Shown in pieces: positions 34,400 to 47,000 of a stretch of DNA of 64,000 nucleotides; position 1 is the first letter of the stretch, and each line of letters begins with the position of its first letter. Below the pieces are notes generated by a model, which was given only the letters and a program-made list of their open reading frames with translations, was not told where the DNA came from and did no database searches. A program made the position numbers and the translations under genes. Source of the DNA: Trypanosoma brucei (lineage: Eukaryota). The stretch is from assembly GCA_000002445.1 (NCBI GenBank), contig CM000207.1, positions 2,560,001-2,624,000 of the forward strand, written 5' to 3'.

Positions 34400-37300
34400 C
34401 GCCTGCTCCCTGAATGTTGACGAAAGTGCAGTGCAGCCCGAAGTCTGCCGCATCCTTCTCTTGCAGAGTGACTTCTCTGCGGCGTAAAGAAAGCAGCGCC
34501 GCCGTAATGGTCGTTGCTAAAAAGCTTCGTGCATTGTCGTTGCTATTTGGTAGTTGAACCGGGTTCTGCCGCTTATGTTGTGAAGGTTGCTTGTGGTCTC
34601 TGCTGTCACTCACTCGGTATAGGTTTTTAAAATCCGAAAAATTGGAAGAAATATGGCTTCCATAATTCGTATATTGCGTCGGCAAAAAACATTTGGTCTG
34701 GTGGGAGAGATAGCACTTTATTCAACAATTCACCTTTTTCTTCTTTTTATATTTAAAATATCTGTTTTTTTTAACGGTCTCCGCGAGTGACTCTGAAAGT
34801 GTCTGCTAAAGTTATGGTGCATGTGCCGCCTGCGCTGTTCGGTCATCTATGGATTGCATTGGTGCACAAAACTCGCTTTCAAAATCCATGCAGAGTACAT
34901 GTTGATCCCTTATCTGCTCTGCTTCCCTTGGGAACTTATTTGTGAACCTGGCTCTGTTGTGCCTTGCGTATGGTTGAAAACTTCGCCTATTCACTACGTG
35001 TCATGGTATAGTGGATTGTAGGCTAGTTGTTAAAACTGCTTTGTTTTTTCCTTCTTTGGTTCTTGTTGTCCGATATGGTCTGTTTTTTGTGGCTGTTTGT
35101 GGTTTTCTATCTGGTTGCATCTCCTCTTCTTGCAGGTTGAGCTGGTATTTAAATTCCCCTCATGTGCTTGTACCATTATTGGTTAGCATTATCAGCGTCA
35201 TTAATTTCGGCGTTTGCTATTCTACCGCTGAAAAGCCGTTGTATCCTCGGAGTTTTTCAGAGTGATAAGAGCCAACACTGTTTAAGCTGGCGACAGCGTA
35301 CAGAGTTCTCTTTTGCTCTGATCATTGCTTTCTCTTCCTCTTGACATTTTTGTGCTAGTAATTTGCTTCAAGAGAACGAAAGGTGGCGTGCGAGGTTGAT
35401 TTTGGATATCATTTGTTGGTCCTCAACGGTTGAAAAAAAGGAGCACGTACCACTGCTGTATTTTATGCTATGACGATATAAAATGCAAGCAGTTACACTA
35501 CATTGTTTGCAGTTTATAATTCCGATCCATATTGACCTATATTTGTATCGAAAAAAGATTTAAATTTATTGTGTTTTCTCTACTCTATCAGCTTCAAAAA
35601 TGCGTGACAGCTTTTGACTCAAAATAAAAAATAATGCTTTTTGTTTCTCAAGAACTTGAGTGGCCTTTTGGTTTTTTCCTGAGTTGTACGCGACAGTATT
35701 TAAGCTCCCTTTTAAGTTTAAGTAATTTAGTCCACAAAGCTGCATTTGCTTTATTGATTTGCACCATTAGTTTTGCGTCAGAAATAACGCTTAAATTAAT
35801 TAATCGCTCTCTGAAAATTTTTAGTGTCTGTCCAGTATACCCACATGGAACTGTTGTTGTTTTATGACAAATTTTTTTACTTCATAAACCTCTTACAACG
35901 GCACATAAATACTACACATTAACAATTTTCGCTTTTTTATTTTTATTTTGATGTCTTTAAAAATTTTAAAATAACATTTTCCTTAAAATTTTTCTTGATA
36001 ACATCATATTGTTACCCACGAATATCTTCGACTGTTAGTATATCCAATGACAAGAAAAACTTCAAAATAACATCAAACTTACCTAATCCCTTCTGCCATA
36101 TTCTTTTGTTTCTGAACATTTTTATTTACAGCTGGATGTTTGGATCCACTATAAGATCAAAAAATACAGTTTACACCATCTTTGGCTTTTTCTATCCTTT
36201 TTCAGTTAAATATGGAGCAAAATCTCCACCTGCGTAATTTGCTTCTTTTATGTGCTGTTGCGCATGTCTTAGCTTCATGCTGTACTTACTTTCCTCTTTT
36301 TTGTTTTCTGTTGCTTTTGCGTGTAGTGTACCGCCTTTATTTTGTTTGCGAGGTCTTCCACTTTGTCATTTCTCTGGAAACCGCAATGCAAAAACACAAA
36401 CTGAAACGACATGGATACTCTCAGTTTCATGAAGTGTATGATCAGATCCTAAATGCGTCGTAGCATGGTATCTGTCACTTCTGTAGGATCCGTTTTAAGT
36501 GCCATTAATAAAGATAACATGTCTGTAAATATTGCCACTTTCGTTTTTATGCTCTCGTTGATCTTTATTACTGTTTTGAGTTTCATAAGTCCTGCATCCA
36601 TGGCTACACACTCGGCTCTGTAGCTTCATGCTAACCTGACTGCTCCTTTTTTCACTTTTACCGCATTACCTTGTCAAGGATGTATTATCGCGGCGGCACC
36701 AGAGGGTTCGTCCAGTATCACTGACCCATCTGTCCACACTTGGTAATTGTAGTCTTTGAGTTTACGTAACTTTTGAATTGTGTGTCTTTTCTCGCTGTCG
36801 GAGGCATCAGAATGGAGACCATCTGGTGCTGTAGTGTTGAGGTATGGTCTCCTCGCCAGTTGCAATGCGCTTGCCGTGTGTGGTTCCTCCGGTTCGTCTA
36901 CTTCCTCATACAAGTATGACACATTCTCCAGGAGCGTGCATATCATATGACTAGGTGGGAAGATTCTTTCCACTGTGTCGGATGATGCCTTACTATTCGC
37001 CTTCCTTGTTCAATAGTATTATATTGCTCGTCTATGAGTAATATAATCTATCTGGTGAAGGAGGGCCTCCTTTATGACAACATGCCTGCTCGCTTACGTT
37101 GGAACACCCGCAATAACATGTGCCTCCTGCGCTTGCACTCGTTCAAGCTGCTTTTTGTCTGATTGAAAGGCATTGAACCACCATGCCGCAATACCATAGC
37201 ATAATTTTTCCTGGATTAAGGCTAAAAAAAAATGCTCTAACACTTTCTTTACTCGCTCCCTATTCAGGTGATGCAACAGCCCTTAGTTTCATTAATCTCA

Positions 37301-39797
37301 TAGTTGCTGCTGTTTGCAGGGTGTGAGCATTTTTTCTTACTCAGTCCTTTGTTTGGCTGCATTGTCACCCCAAGGAGTCTGTGGTTTCTTGTCTAATTTA
37401 ATCTGCGCTCTCCTAGAAATAAGTGTAGTGAGTCGCGGTCTCTCACCACAAAGAACATGTATTCCGCTTTTTCTGAAGACACATCCATACAGTCCTCTCC
37501 TAACCAGCTCACTATACAATACATCCCTGTTTGTACCGTCTGCCGAATAGCTTCCTGGTCAGTTTTAGAGCGTACTATCGTGAGGCCGTTTGCGAAGAAG
37601 CAGTATTTAAGGACTGTCATGGCATTTAGTTTCGCACTGAGAGAGTCCATTGCGATAATGAATAGCAACAGCCCCAACACGGAACATTGTGGAACACCAC
37701 ACGTGAGTTATATTTTCTTTGAGAGGGATGTTGTTTATTCGTACTACTTTAGTCCGTCCCTCAAGGAAATTTGCAACCCATGCAATAAAGTGCATGCCTA
37801 TCTCATATCTTTTTAGTGCATCCATTATGCACCCGTGATACACAGAGTCAAATGCCCTCGCATAATCTGTGAATACCGCTGCAGCTGTTTCTCCTGCTAT
37901 TCTATGTGTCACGAAGTCTGTGAGTGCCATCAGGGCCTCTAACTTAGACCTCCCTGGACGAAAAGCGGATTTCTGTAGTTGCGCCTTACATTCTACCGTG
38001 TCTCGTATGCGTCTCGCTACAATCCTTTCTATTAGCTTACAGAGAGTGCTATTGAGCGTGATGAGCCGGAATGATGACATACACTTGGCAGGTTTGTTGT
38101 TCTTGAGTAGTGGGACGATAACTCCATGCTTCCATTTCTCCGACACCCGGTTTCTCTGTAGGCTACAGTTGAATTGCTTGAGGACACGTTTCTTGCTACA
38201 GCGTCCTAATTGCTTCAACCATTCACAATGTATATTGTCCTTACCGGAGCAAGTGCCTGAAGAGAGTTCCTTCAGTTCTGTCTCAAGTTTTGCAATCGTT
38301 ATTAGTGCGAATTCTCCACTCACTCGTTAACGTGTACTCATGTGAAGAGCATCTGGTGCTTTTGTCGACCTCTCTCGATACATCTGTGCTAGTTTATTAA
38401 CTTGCTGTCTACATGTTAAAATGTGGTCGTTTACTACCAGAACCGGAGATGTCAGTGGATTCGATGCGTCAATGGACTTAACTAAATTCCAACTTTTTGT
38501 ATCGGTCACTGACATATTTGACACATTTTTCTTCCACCGTTGTAGGGATTTTTCAGCGAGAACCTTCCTTCTCTTGTATATAAGGGAACCTCTCTGTGCT
38601 TTTAACTTGTATATTCTTTTATTGTTGTGTCAATACGGTCAGTTCTCGTGTCCAAAACGGTGGCGATTCTTCCTTACCTTTCTGTGTTTTTTCTTTGTTG
38701 CTGTGCGAATGCCTTTAGCCACAGCCTCATTCATAGGATCCACATTCTTTCTTGATTTCCTTAATTTTTACACCATTGTTACACTATACACTTTTCTAAA
38801 CTTCCGTCAATTTGCTTTGTTGCAAACATAAAACACCTTTAGTGGCTTTGTAATGGCGATAATTTCTACACCAATCCCAGTACACACCTCGAACGGTTAT
38901 CCGGTAGTGGTGACTATCTGGACTGAGTTTTATCTCCCATCTTGTGACTTCGCAGTCTCTGTACATCGTAACGTCGGGAGACGACCTGGTTTCCATGTGA
39001 GCCGTTCTTCTCGTTGGTGTTCCATCATTTGCAATTTTGATATCATTTTGTATACATCAGTCTACAATGCATTCTCCTGCTGTATTATTGGGGCGAAGCG
39101 GGTCCCATAAGTTATGATGTGCGTTGGTATCGAATCCTATTATTAGTGATACAGTTCAACTTTGAAGGCTTTCAAGCGTGGAGTTAGTGACATTTTTGTT
39201 CTGTGGGAAGTAAGCTGATTTGACAGTTAAAGTTGTATCAGATGAGGACATCAGTGTTGCCGAGACTCTTTCCGGCTGTCTTTCCGTCCTACGGACATTG
39301 GATGACTCCCACGCCATCTTTGATTATAATGGAAACATTGCAAAAATGTGGAGAGCGTGCCATTTCCATGTGTTTGTATCCACTAATTTTCAATGCGCAG
39401 TATTCTTTTGCTGCCAAGTGAGTCTCCTGCAATAAACAAAAAAATACCATATCCTCGTGGAGCTTCTTCTCAAGGCCATTCGCTTCACCTTGGAGCAACC
39501 CCCAGAATTCCACTGGAATGCACAAATCATGGGACAGGGATCCTGTTCCATATCTCCGTTAAGAAGTAGTAGAAGCCGATGTATCTCAACTAAGGCACGC
39601 CTGCACATGCAAAGGAGCAATCTAATATATTTATTCACTCCAGAGTGCCGATGCTGCTACTTTCTCCTTTTTTGGTCGCTGAAAGCCTGTTACCAGCCCC
39701 AATCCTGTTGAACTATGTATAATGCGTGCACTTGGCTTCATCCTGGACGAAGTAATAGACCCTGGAACTACGATGAGGTGGCCGACGTCACCAGCGA
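34400..39797 (-). mobile_element. Degenerate ingi-related element (DIRE); 3' boundary uncertain
   Basis: On the minus strand the 5' end at about 39797, cgctggtgacgtcggccacctcatcgtagttccagggtc..., is homologous to the ingi/RIME 5' terminus. Fragmented ORFs follow in ingi order: a degenerate 2A-like LLLNGDMEQDPCP (39390..39638); endonuclease-like CLLQETHL...YKHMEMARSPHF; RT (37393..38323: FRPGRSKLEALMAL, VFTDYARAFDSVYHG, FFANGLTIV); and RNase H (36674..36973: WTDGSVILDEPSGAAAIIHP, then SYRAECVAM near 36610). The stops and frameshifts are numerous. Confidence 0.7.
36610..39638 (-). pseudogene. DIRE EN/RT/RNase H ORF remnants
   Basis: Minus ORFs 39390..39638, 39289..39525, 38796..38996, 37607..38323, 37393..37680, 37094..37276 and 36674..36973 each align to successive parts of the ingi ORF. 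Confidence 0.7.
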
Positions 39798-39858
39798 TAT
39801 TTCATAATTTTTATAAAATTCAGCAAATAAATTTTTGACAATAATCCTTAAAAGAAAT

Positions 39859-41350
39859 TCAAAACAGAAAGCTCATAAAATATGCAGCAATTAAAGAAAA
39901 CTTCTTATTTACAGGAAAATTGGGATCTTTGCAAGTGCTACTTTTCGATTTACAACTGATGTCCTTTTCGCAAGTTCCTTTGTCTGTTCGATGTTTTGAA
40001 CATTTCTCTTCGTTTTTGTCGCCTCCTTGAGCTTTCGCCTGTGCACCTTGTTGTTCTTTTGCCTTTTCGGATATAATAAGCATTTCTTTCTTTATAAGCT
40101 GCACTTTCGTCCCATTTTCATGGTGGTTTGCATGGCGAGTTATTCATGTTGGAAACCTTGCACGCTTGTTCTTTAGACACTCGTTGCTTTGCGGAAGGAC
40201 TTGTCGTTGTTCTGGCCCCTTTAATTTAGTGTAGAACCAAAAAACCGTGTTTTCTAGGGCTGCCGACCGGGAAAGTAACGTCTTCGTCGCTTCTTTTGTA
40301 GGTAGGTGCGCCGCGTTTCTGTTTATGTGGTCAATAGCTCTAGCTCTGGTGTTATTTGGCTAAGCCACGGCGTGTCCGTGTCACTTGTTACTTGTCCTGG
40401 AAGTTTGCCGTTCCATTTGTAGCATCCTTCCGTTTCTCTGTTGGCCGTCACACGAGTTTTTGAATGCCCCAGGTAAGAATTAGTGTCATCTCTTGTGACG
40501 TATTTCACGACGTCTTTTAATATTTCTGTTGGTGAACTTGCCAGTGCATTGGTGTCGCCGTCCGCCATGCCCTTTTTAAACACTTTTTGTATTAGACAGT
40601 CTGTCGGTTCAGCGTTATCCGCCCAGTCCACCGTGGCTCTGACACCTTTTCAGCACGTGTGCTGAGTTTCGCCTGATTTTGAGCCGCACACACGGGCTAG
40701 TGCTGCTGCTAGCCCTTTTGTTTTGGCATCGTTTATTGTCTGTTGCGCTGCCCTCAGTCGACTGTGCGTGAGCTGTGATTTGCTTAGTATTGGTACTAGC
40801 ACCGTTAGAAATTTCCTTTTATGCGCCGCAGTCAACTTGGCAGTTGCAGCCTTCAAGTCGTTGTGATTATTTGCTTTTATCTTATCCAGTGGTTTTGCGC
40901 CTTCTGGCCAATTGGTGTAGAGGCTGTGCTACGGTTTTGTCTCCTTCAAAGTCTCTGGTGATTGATTCTGACAACTTTGCTTGTCGTCTTTGTGTTTAAA
41001 AACCTGCAAAACTGATGCGTTCGCAGTACTGAGGTTTAAAGCGTGCAGTTTGTTGAATGCTTCTGACTCAGTTGTCGTCGCAGTAGACTGTTTATAACTA
41101 GTTGTTGCGGCTGCCGCTAGCTCGCAAAGCCGTCGGGCCGCTTCCCTGTTGCCTACCGCTGGCACGGTTTCTGTTACCTGTCTTGATTCAAAAATAAACG
41201 CTGTTGTCAATAATACTGCTTGCTTTTCTCACATCATCCCTTGCTTTCGACTTGTGCTGGTGAAGGTGTGCAGTTTGGGATATCATCGTGTTATTGCAGC
41301 GGAATGCACCACATGTTCATTTGGTAAAAAACTGCAGTTCCTTTGACTTC
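39859..41350 (-). pseudogene. VSG pseudogene, fragmented; N-terminal boundary uncertain
   Basis: The C-terminal ORF 39859..40104 reads ...CSKHRTDKGTCEKDISCKSKSSTCKDPNFPVNKKFSLIAAYFMSFLF*. Upstream minus ORFs (40323..40631, 40650..40856, 40929..41210) are Ala/Thr/Lys-rich and VSG-like. No intact signal peptide was found. Confidence 0.5.
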
Positions 41351-42039
41351 CTGTAGCTGCACGTACTGATCTTCGCACTCCTATTTCAGTTAATATCCAC
41401 TTTAAACAAAGTCTAATATACTTTTACGATCTAAATACATATTTCCTTTTAATTCTCTTTATTTTACACTCAACTATGTAAACCACAGTCATTCTATTAT
41501 TTTTGATTCATCCTGTTTTTAACAATCTTAAAAGGAGAATCCGCCATCATATTTAAAATTTCAGTCGCCCCCATCATATATACAATAGTATCTATCCATC
41601 TTTGAGTAAAATAAACTGCGTTAGTATCTTCAGTATTATTTTCTTCTGTGCTGTGCTGCGCTGTCGGGAATCTATCCGTTACATTCTGTATTTCCTTTCC
41701 ACCTTTTAGTTTTCTGTCACTGTTTCTGCGGAAGGTTTGGCGACTCCATTTGGCTTGTATGCTGCACTTCGTCTCTTCATTGTTGCTTCCTTGGTCACAT
41801 CTTTATGTATTATAATGACAATTTCTATCTTTGTGTTTAAACTTGCGCATATTCCATTTCCTTGTTTCTATCTGTTTCTGTCTTTTTACTTGTCTTCAAT
41901 AATAATATTCCACTCGCTCTCTAACGCTCTCCATCCCTCTTCCACCCACCGTCAAGTTAGGTACTTAGTCAAATTTTACTTGTCCCACTTTTTTTGGCTA
42001 CCTCTATTTTGGATTTACAGTAATTTTATTCTACAACTC

Positions 42040-42110
42040 ATATTATAATATCAGTATATACATGCACTTTCAACACACTTATATGTGCTTAGTGTTACTA
42101 TTTTTTTTGC
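42040..42110 (-). repeat. Degenerate 70-bp-repeat-like sequence (minus orientation)
   Basis: The reverse complement of tcatattataatatcagtatatacatgcac resembles gtgtgtatatacgaatattataat. Confidence 0.4.
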
Positions 42111-42266
42111 CTAACTGGTGGCCATAAAATAAACCAAATTAAAAAATCTTCGTTATATCTCTCACTTTTCATCCCTTCACACGCTACTGATTTACAGCTT
42201 TACTCCATGTTCATACCAAAATTCCATGTTTTTAAGTATTTCAAAATTTTTATATTTTCATCTAAA

Positions 42267-42283
42267 AGTGTTAAAATATATTA
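42267..42283 (-). promoter_or_regulatory. VSG 3'UTR 16-mer variant (minus)
   Basis: Reverse complement of gtgttaaaatatatt = aatatattttaacac. Confidence 0.7.
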
Positions 42284-42361
42284 AATTTAACAAAAGTTTA
42301 CCAAATTATTTTAAGATGGAAGTTTCATAAATTTCATAAAGTTAGCAAATCAAAAAAATAT

Positions 42362-43852
42362 TTAGAAGCTTTTTATTATAGAAGCAAAAATTCCAGTCAA
42401 AGAGGGTCCTTTACTAGAACAGATTTGCTTCCTGTGGTGTTTGAGTTTGTGCTTGTTTTTGTTGTTGTTGTTTGTGAAGAGTATTTTCGCATTTGCTCTC
42501 TCCGTCATTATATTTGCACCCAAGTTTCTTGTTGCAAGAATCTTTTTCTTCACCTGTGCACTCCTCTTCCTTTACTTGGTTTTGGGGTGTCGCTTTAGTT
42601 GCTTTTTCTGCTCTCTTCGCCGCTTCACCTGAAAAATAGGCCAAGGTTAGGGCGTATTTTTCTGTTTCCACGGCCTCTTTAACGCTTGTTTCCACTGTTG
42701 TGTCGCCTCTTGTAAACTTTATGTTTCTGTCGTCCACTCCTATGAAAAAACATCCTTTAGTTGTTTACCTGTGCCACCAAGTATCTGTTGGACTTTCTTT
42801 TTGCGTTCACCAGCGTCTTGTTTTAGGGTAGTAACATCCGTTGTTGTTGTGAGAAGTATCGTCTGTATGTCGTTGTCGCTGGCGAGCTCATCCACTGTTT
42901 CGTCCTGTAGTGTCTTCACTTTGGGGGACGAGCCCCGTTTTAGTGTACAGATTGCATTGGCTATCGCCTCGGCTGTTGTTAAGAAGTGGTCGCTGTTATT
43001 GTCTGCGGCTACACAGCTTGCGCCGTCTAAGAGTTTGATGTCCACTGGTTGTAGGGTTTGCTTGTGCAGGGCCGCTGATGCAAACGCTACACCGTTGCTA
43101 ACGCTTGCTGCTTGTGCATTGTCGCCGCAGCCGGCCTTGCTGTTGTGCTGTGCCTTGCTGCCTGCTGGCGTTCCTTTGTGCTAGACTTCTATTTTGAGGT
43201 CGGGGAACGCGAAGTCAGTGATGGGCGTCAGTTTCACTTTGGTTATCTTGGCCAGGTCTGTTGCTGCGGCTGTTAGCTTATTTTTTGAGGCAGTTGTTAC
43301 TTCGCATCGTTTGGTTGGAGTCGCTGCCAGTTTCGCCCGCGCCTGGCACTTGCCAGTACCGGTCGTAAAGTATTTGTTGCTGTCGTGCTCTTTGGCTTTC
43401 GACTCCGAGAATTTTGCCGTCTCTGTCGCGCCCATCCGCTGTAGCGCGGCGATGTTTCGTTGCCTTTTTGCCAACAGCGCCACGGCTGCGCCGAGCGTCT
43501 GTTGATGCTTATTGATGTCTTTTAGGACCGCCGCAGCTCGCTGGCTTGCTAGCGAAGCGAGGACTCCAGCTAGTATTGACCTCATGCCTGGCGAGGATTT
43601 TGCCGCCGTTAGTGTTAGCATTCGTTGTTCTTTTGAAAGCTCGCTAGCCCTCGTAATCAGGTCGTTCTCTACTTGTCTGTAGTGTTTTCTCACCGCCTCT
43701 AACCACTCGCCTTCGTCGCACGGAGTTTGGATGGCGTCCACTTTTTCGTCGGAGTCCGCTGCAGTCGCAGTTGCCAGCAGTAGTGCCATCAACAACGCTG
43801 GTGTGAGACCGAGTGTTTGTCGGCGTGAAAATAATACCTTAGTCTTTAACAT
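42362..43852 (-). pseudogene. VSG pseudogene with an intact N-terminal ORF and a frameshifted C-terminal domain
   Basis: Minus ORF 43181..43852 starts MLKTKVLFSRRQTLGLTPALLMALLLATATAADS... (signal peptide). C-terminal ORFs 42740..43045 and 42414..42737 read ...EECTGEEKDSCNKKLGCKYNDGESKCEN. A degenerate GPI-signal frame ...CSSKGPSLTGIFASIIKSF* ends at 42362. Confidence 0.7.
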
Positions 43853-44038
43853 TGATTTCTGAGTTGTCTTTCCTTGTCCGGTAGTTTGTCAAGGTGGAGG
43901 AAATTAGCGGTATTTGATTTCTTGGGCTGCATCTAGTTTGTGGTGCTAATTTATTATGGTTGTAGCTGTGTGAAGATAGCTTTCCGTTCAGACACACGCT
44001 AGTTTAAATTCTCTGGTTGGTTTTTTCTGCGGGTTATC

Positions 44039-44050
44039 TTTGTTTGAAGC
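44039..44050. repeat. 12-bp target-site duplication, left copy (TTTGTTTGAAGC)
   Basis: It is identical to 49309-49320, immediately after the ingi poly(A). Confidence 0.85.
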
Positions 44051-47000
44051 CCCTGGCGATGCCGGCCACCTCAACGTGGTGCCATGGTCCAGTACCCCGT
44101 ATCATCGGGGGAAGCCAAGAGCCAGCAACGTTCCTCTCATGGGGAACACTGCTGTGCTCCGGCTACGGCATCATACAGCACAGGGATCAGCAGCGTCTTG
44201 CTGGGACACCGTTTTTCATTTGTCGGTCCCTGGGCACGTGCCAGCGTGCCATCAGCAGTATCATCCGCACTAAGATGCTGCTGTCCGGTGATGTGGAAGA
44301 GAATCCCGGCCCGTCGTTGCGCGGGATGCAGTGGAACTGCGCCGGGCTATCTCAAGGAAAGAGATTAGCACTCCACAAAACCCTTGTTGATGAGCGGATC
44401 GCCTTTTGTCTGTTGAGCGAGACAAGGATGACGCCTGGAGAGGCGGCTTGCTTTAGCGTTGCTGGCTACCAACATCACGGAATAGCTCGTAACTGCAAAG
44501 GAGGTGGTGTATCAATACTAGTGAGGGAGGACCTACCAGTCGAGACCGGTATGGCCGTTATTGGTCGCATTGAACAAGTGCATGCAACAATTCACCTTGC
44601 ACGTGGAACGGCGCTGACTGTCACGTCGGCATACATCCCACCAAAACACACCTTCACGGCAACTGACCTAGATACGCTTCTGACGACTGACGGTGCCCAG
44701 CTCATCGGTGCAGACGCTAACGCACACGCGTTGGCATGGGATCGCGCGAGCCCACCAAATACCAAGGGTGAAACCCTCACACAGTGGTGCATTGACAACC
44801 AGTTTCTGGTATGTAACACTGGTGGGTGCACCAGGTACGCGCGCCACCACGGGGAGTCCACCCCTGATGTGACGCTGTCAAGGAATTGCACAGTGTACAC
44901 GTGGACATCGCTGTATTCTCCCGATAGCGATCACCATAACATATTTTTCGACGTTATCGTTGGAGACGACACAGATGCACTGAGTTGCACGCGGCCTCGA
45001 ATGCCCATGTACGCATGGCTAAAAGCTAACTGGAGGAATTTCCGTCTCAAGGTTGACGAGCTCTGCAGGAAAATTGGTAGAGAGAAGAACGTCAACACCC
45101 TGGAACAGAAATTGAGCTCCGCCATCCGCATTGCGACGAAGGTCTCCGTCCCCCGTGGCTGCAGAGCAACGCCACCACATTGGACACCTGAGCTCGCGAA
45201 ACTCGATGAAGAGATCGCTGGATGCGGACCCTCCCACCGAAGGGAAAAGTTGGTAGCCACGCGTAAGCAGATCCTGGACCGTACCACAAAGAAGAGATGG
45301 AGCACGCTATGCTCCAGACTTGCGGTGTCAGACCGCTGCAGTTGGCACATGGTCAAGAAGGTATATGCGCCACGACCACTAACAACACCGGCTGTACTTG
45401 TAGATAACGCGGCCATCACGGACTACCGTCAAGCTGAGAGGTTCAGTAAACTGTACTCGTCCCGTGCAAGAAGGCACCCCGACTCACACCCACCGGCACC
45501 AATAAAGACGATAGCGAGTGAGTTCAGTCCCATCACGATGGCTGAACTACGGAGATCGATCAAACTGCTACCGAGTGGATCCGCAGCCGGACCTGATTGC
45601 TTATACAACGAGGCACTGCAACATCTCGGCAGAACAGCGCTGAATGTTGTTCTGAGGCTATTCAATGAGAGCCTACGAACGGGAGTCGTGCCGCCTGCAT
45701 GGAAGACTGGTGTTATCATCCCCATCCTGAAGGCCGGAAAAAAGGCGGAGGACCTCGATTCTTACAGGACTGTGACGCTCACGAGCTGTCTCTGCAAAGT
45801 CATGGAACGCATAATTGCCGCGAGGCTTAGAGACACTGTTGAGTCCCAGCTGACGCCGCAGCAATCAGGCTTTCGCCCCGGATGCTCAACGCTCGAACAA
45901 CTCCTGCACGTCCGCGCTGCCCTCTGCCGTCCCACGCACCAATCTCGTACGGGTGCTGTATTCGTTGACTACGAGAAGGCATTTGATACAGTAGACCACG
46001 ACAAAATTGCGAGGGAAATGCACAGAATGAAGGTATCACCCTACATTGTGAAGTGGTGCGTATCATTTCTGAGTAACCGAACTGGCAGAGTGAGATTCAA
46101 GGAGAAGCTTTCCAGAAGCAGAACATTTGAGCGAGGAGTGCCACAAGGAACTGTCCTTGGCCCAATCATGTTCATTATTGTCATGAACTCGTTGAGCCAA
46201 CGCCTTGCAGAAGTGCCGTTACTGCAGCACGGATTCTTTGCAGACGACCTAACGCTACTTGCGAGGCACACAGAGAGGGATGTCATCAACCACACACTAC
46301 AATGCGGTCTAAACGTGGTGTTACAGTGGTCAAAAGAGTACTTCATGTCTGTCAACGTAGCGAAAACAAAGTGCACACTCTTCGGGTGTATAGAGCGCCA
46401 CCCCCTTACATTGCAACTGGACGGCGAAAGAATAGGAGCTGACAGGATACCGAAGCTTCTAGGAGTAACATTCCAGTGTCAGCAGGGGATGGCAACACAT
46501 GCGGCCGAAACGAGACGCAAGATGGACTTCCGACTACTGCAGATAGTGTCCATCTCAGCTTCTACATGGGGGCCAAGACGACAAGTACTGAGAGCTTTTT
46601 ATCTAGCACTCGTACAGGCACACACCATGTATGGCATTGAGGTATGGTACTGGGACGCTTCGGAACGGAGTCGCGACCTCCTCTCAGCAGCACAACACAA
46701 AGCCAGTCGCATCATAGCCGGCATACCGCATGGGACGCGCAAAGAGGACTCTCTGCTGGAAGCAAACCTCCTGCCACTCAAGACGACCACTCTTGTGCGC
46801 AGCATGAAATTCATGCTGATGTGTGAGTCACGAGGCGGATGTTTGCGGCGCAGTGCTGAAGAAGTATACCACAGCAAACACCCAGTCAGAGCCCAACATT
46901 CCCGCATCATGCGGTCCTACCCCCACCTCCGCATTGAGCCACGCGAGCACCCACTAGAGACATCGACGCTCCGCCACAGCTGCCGACCGATATTTCACAC

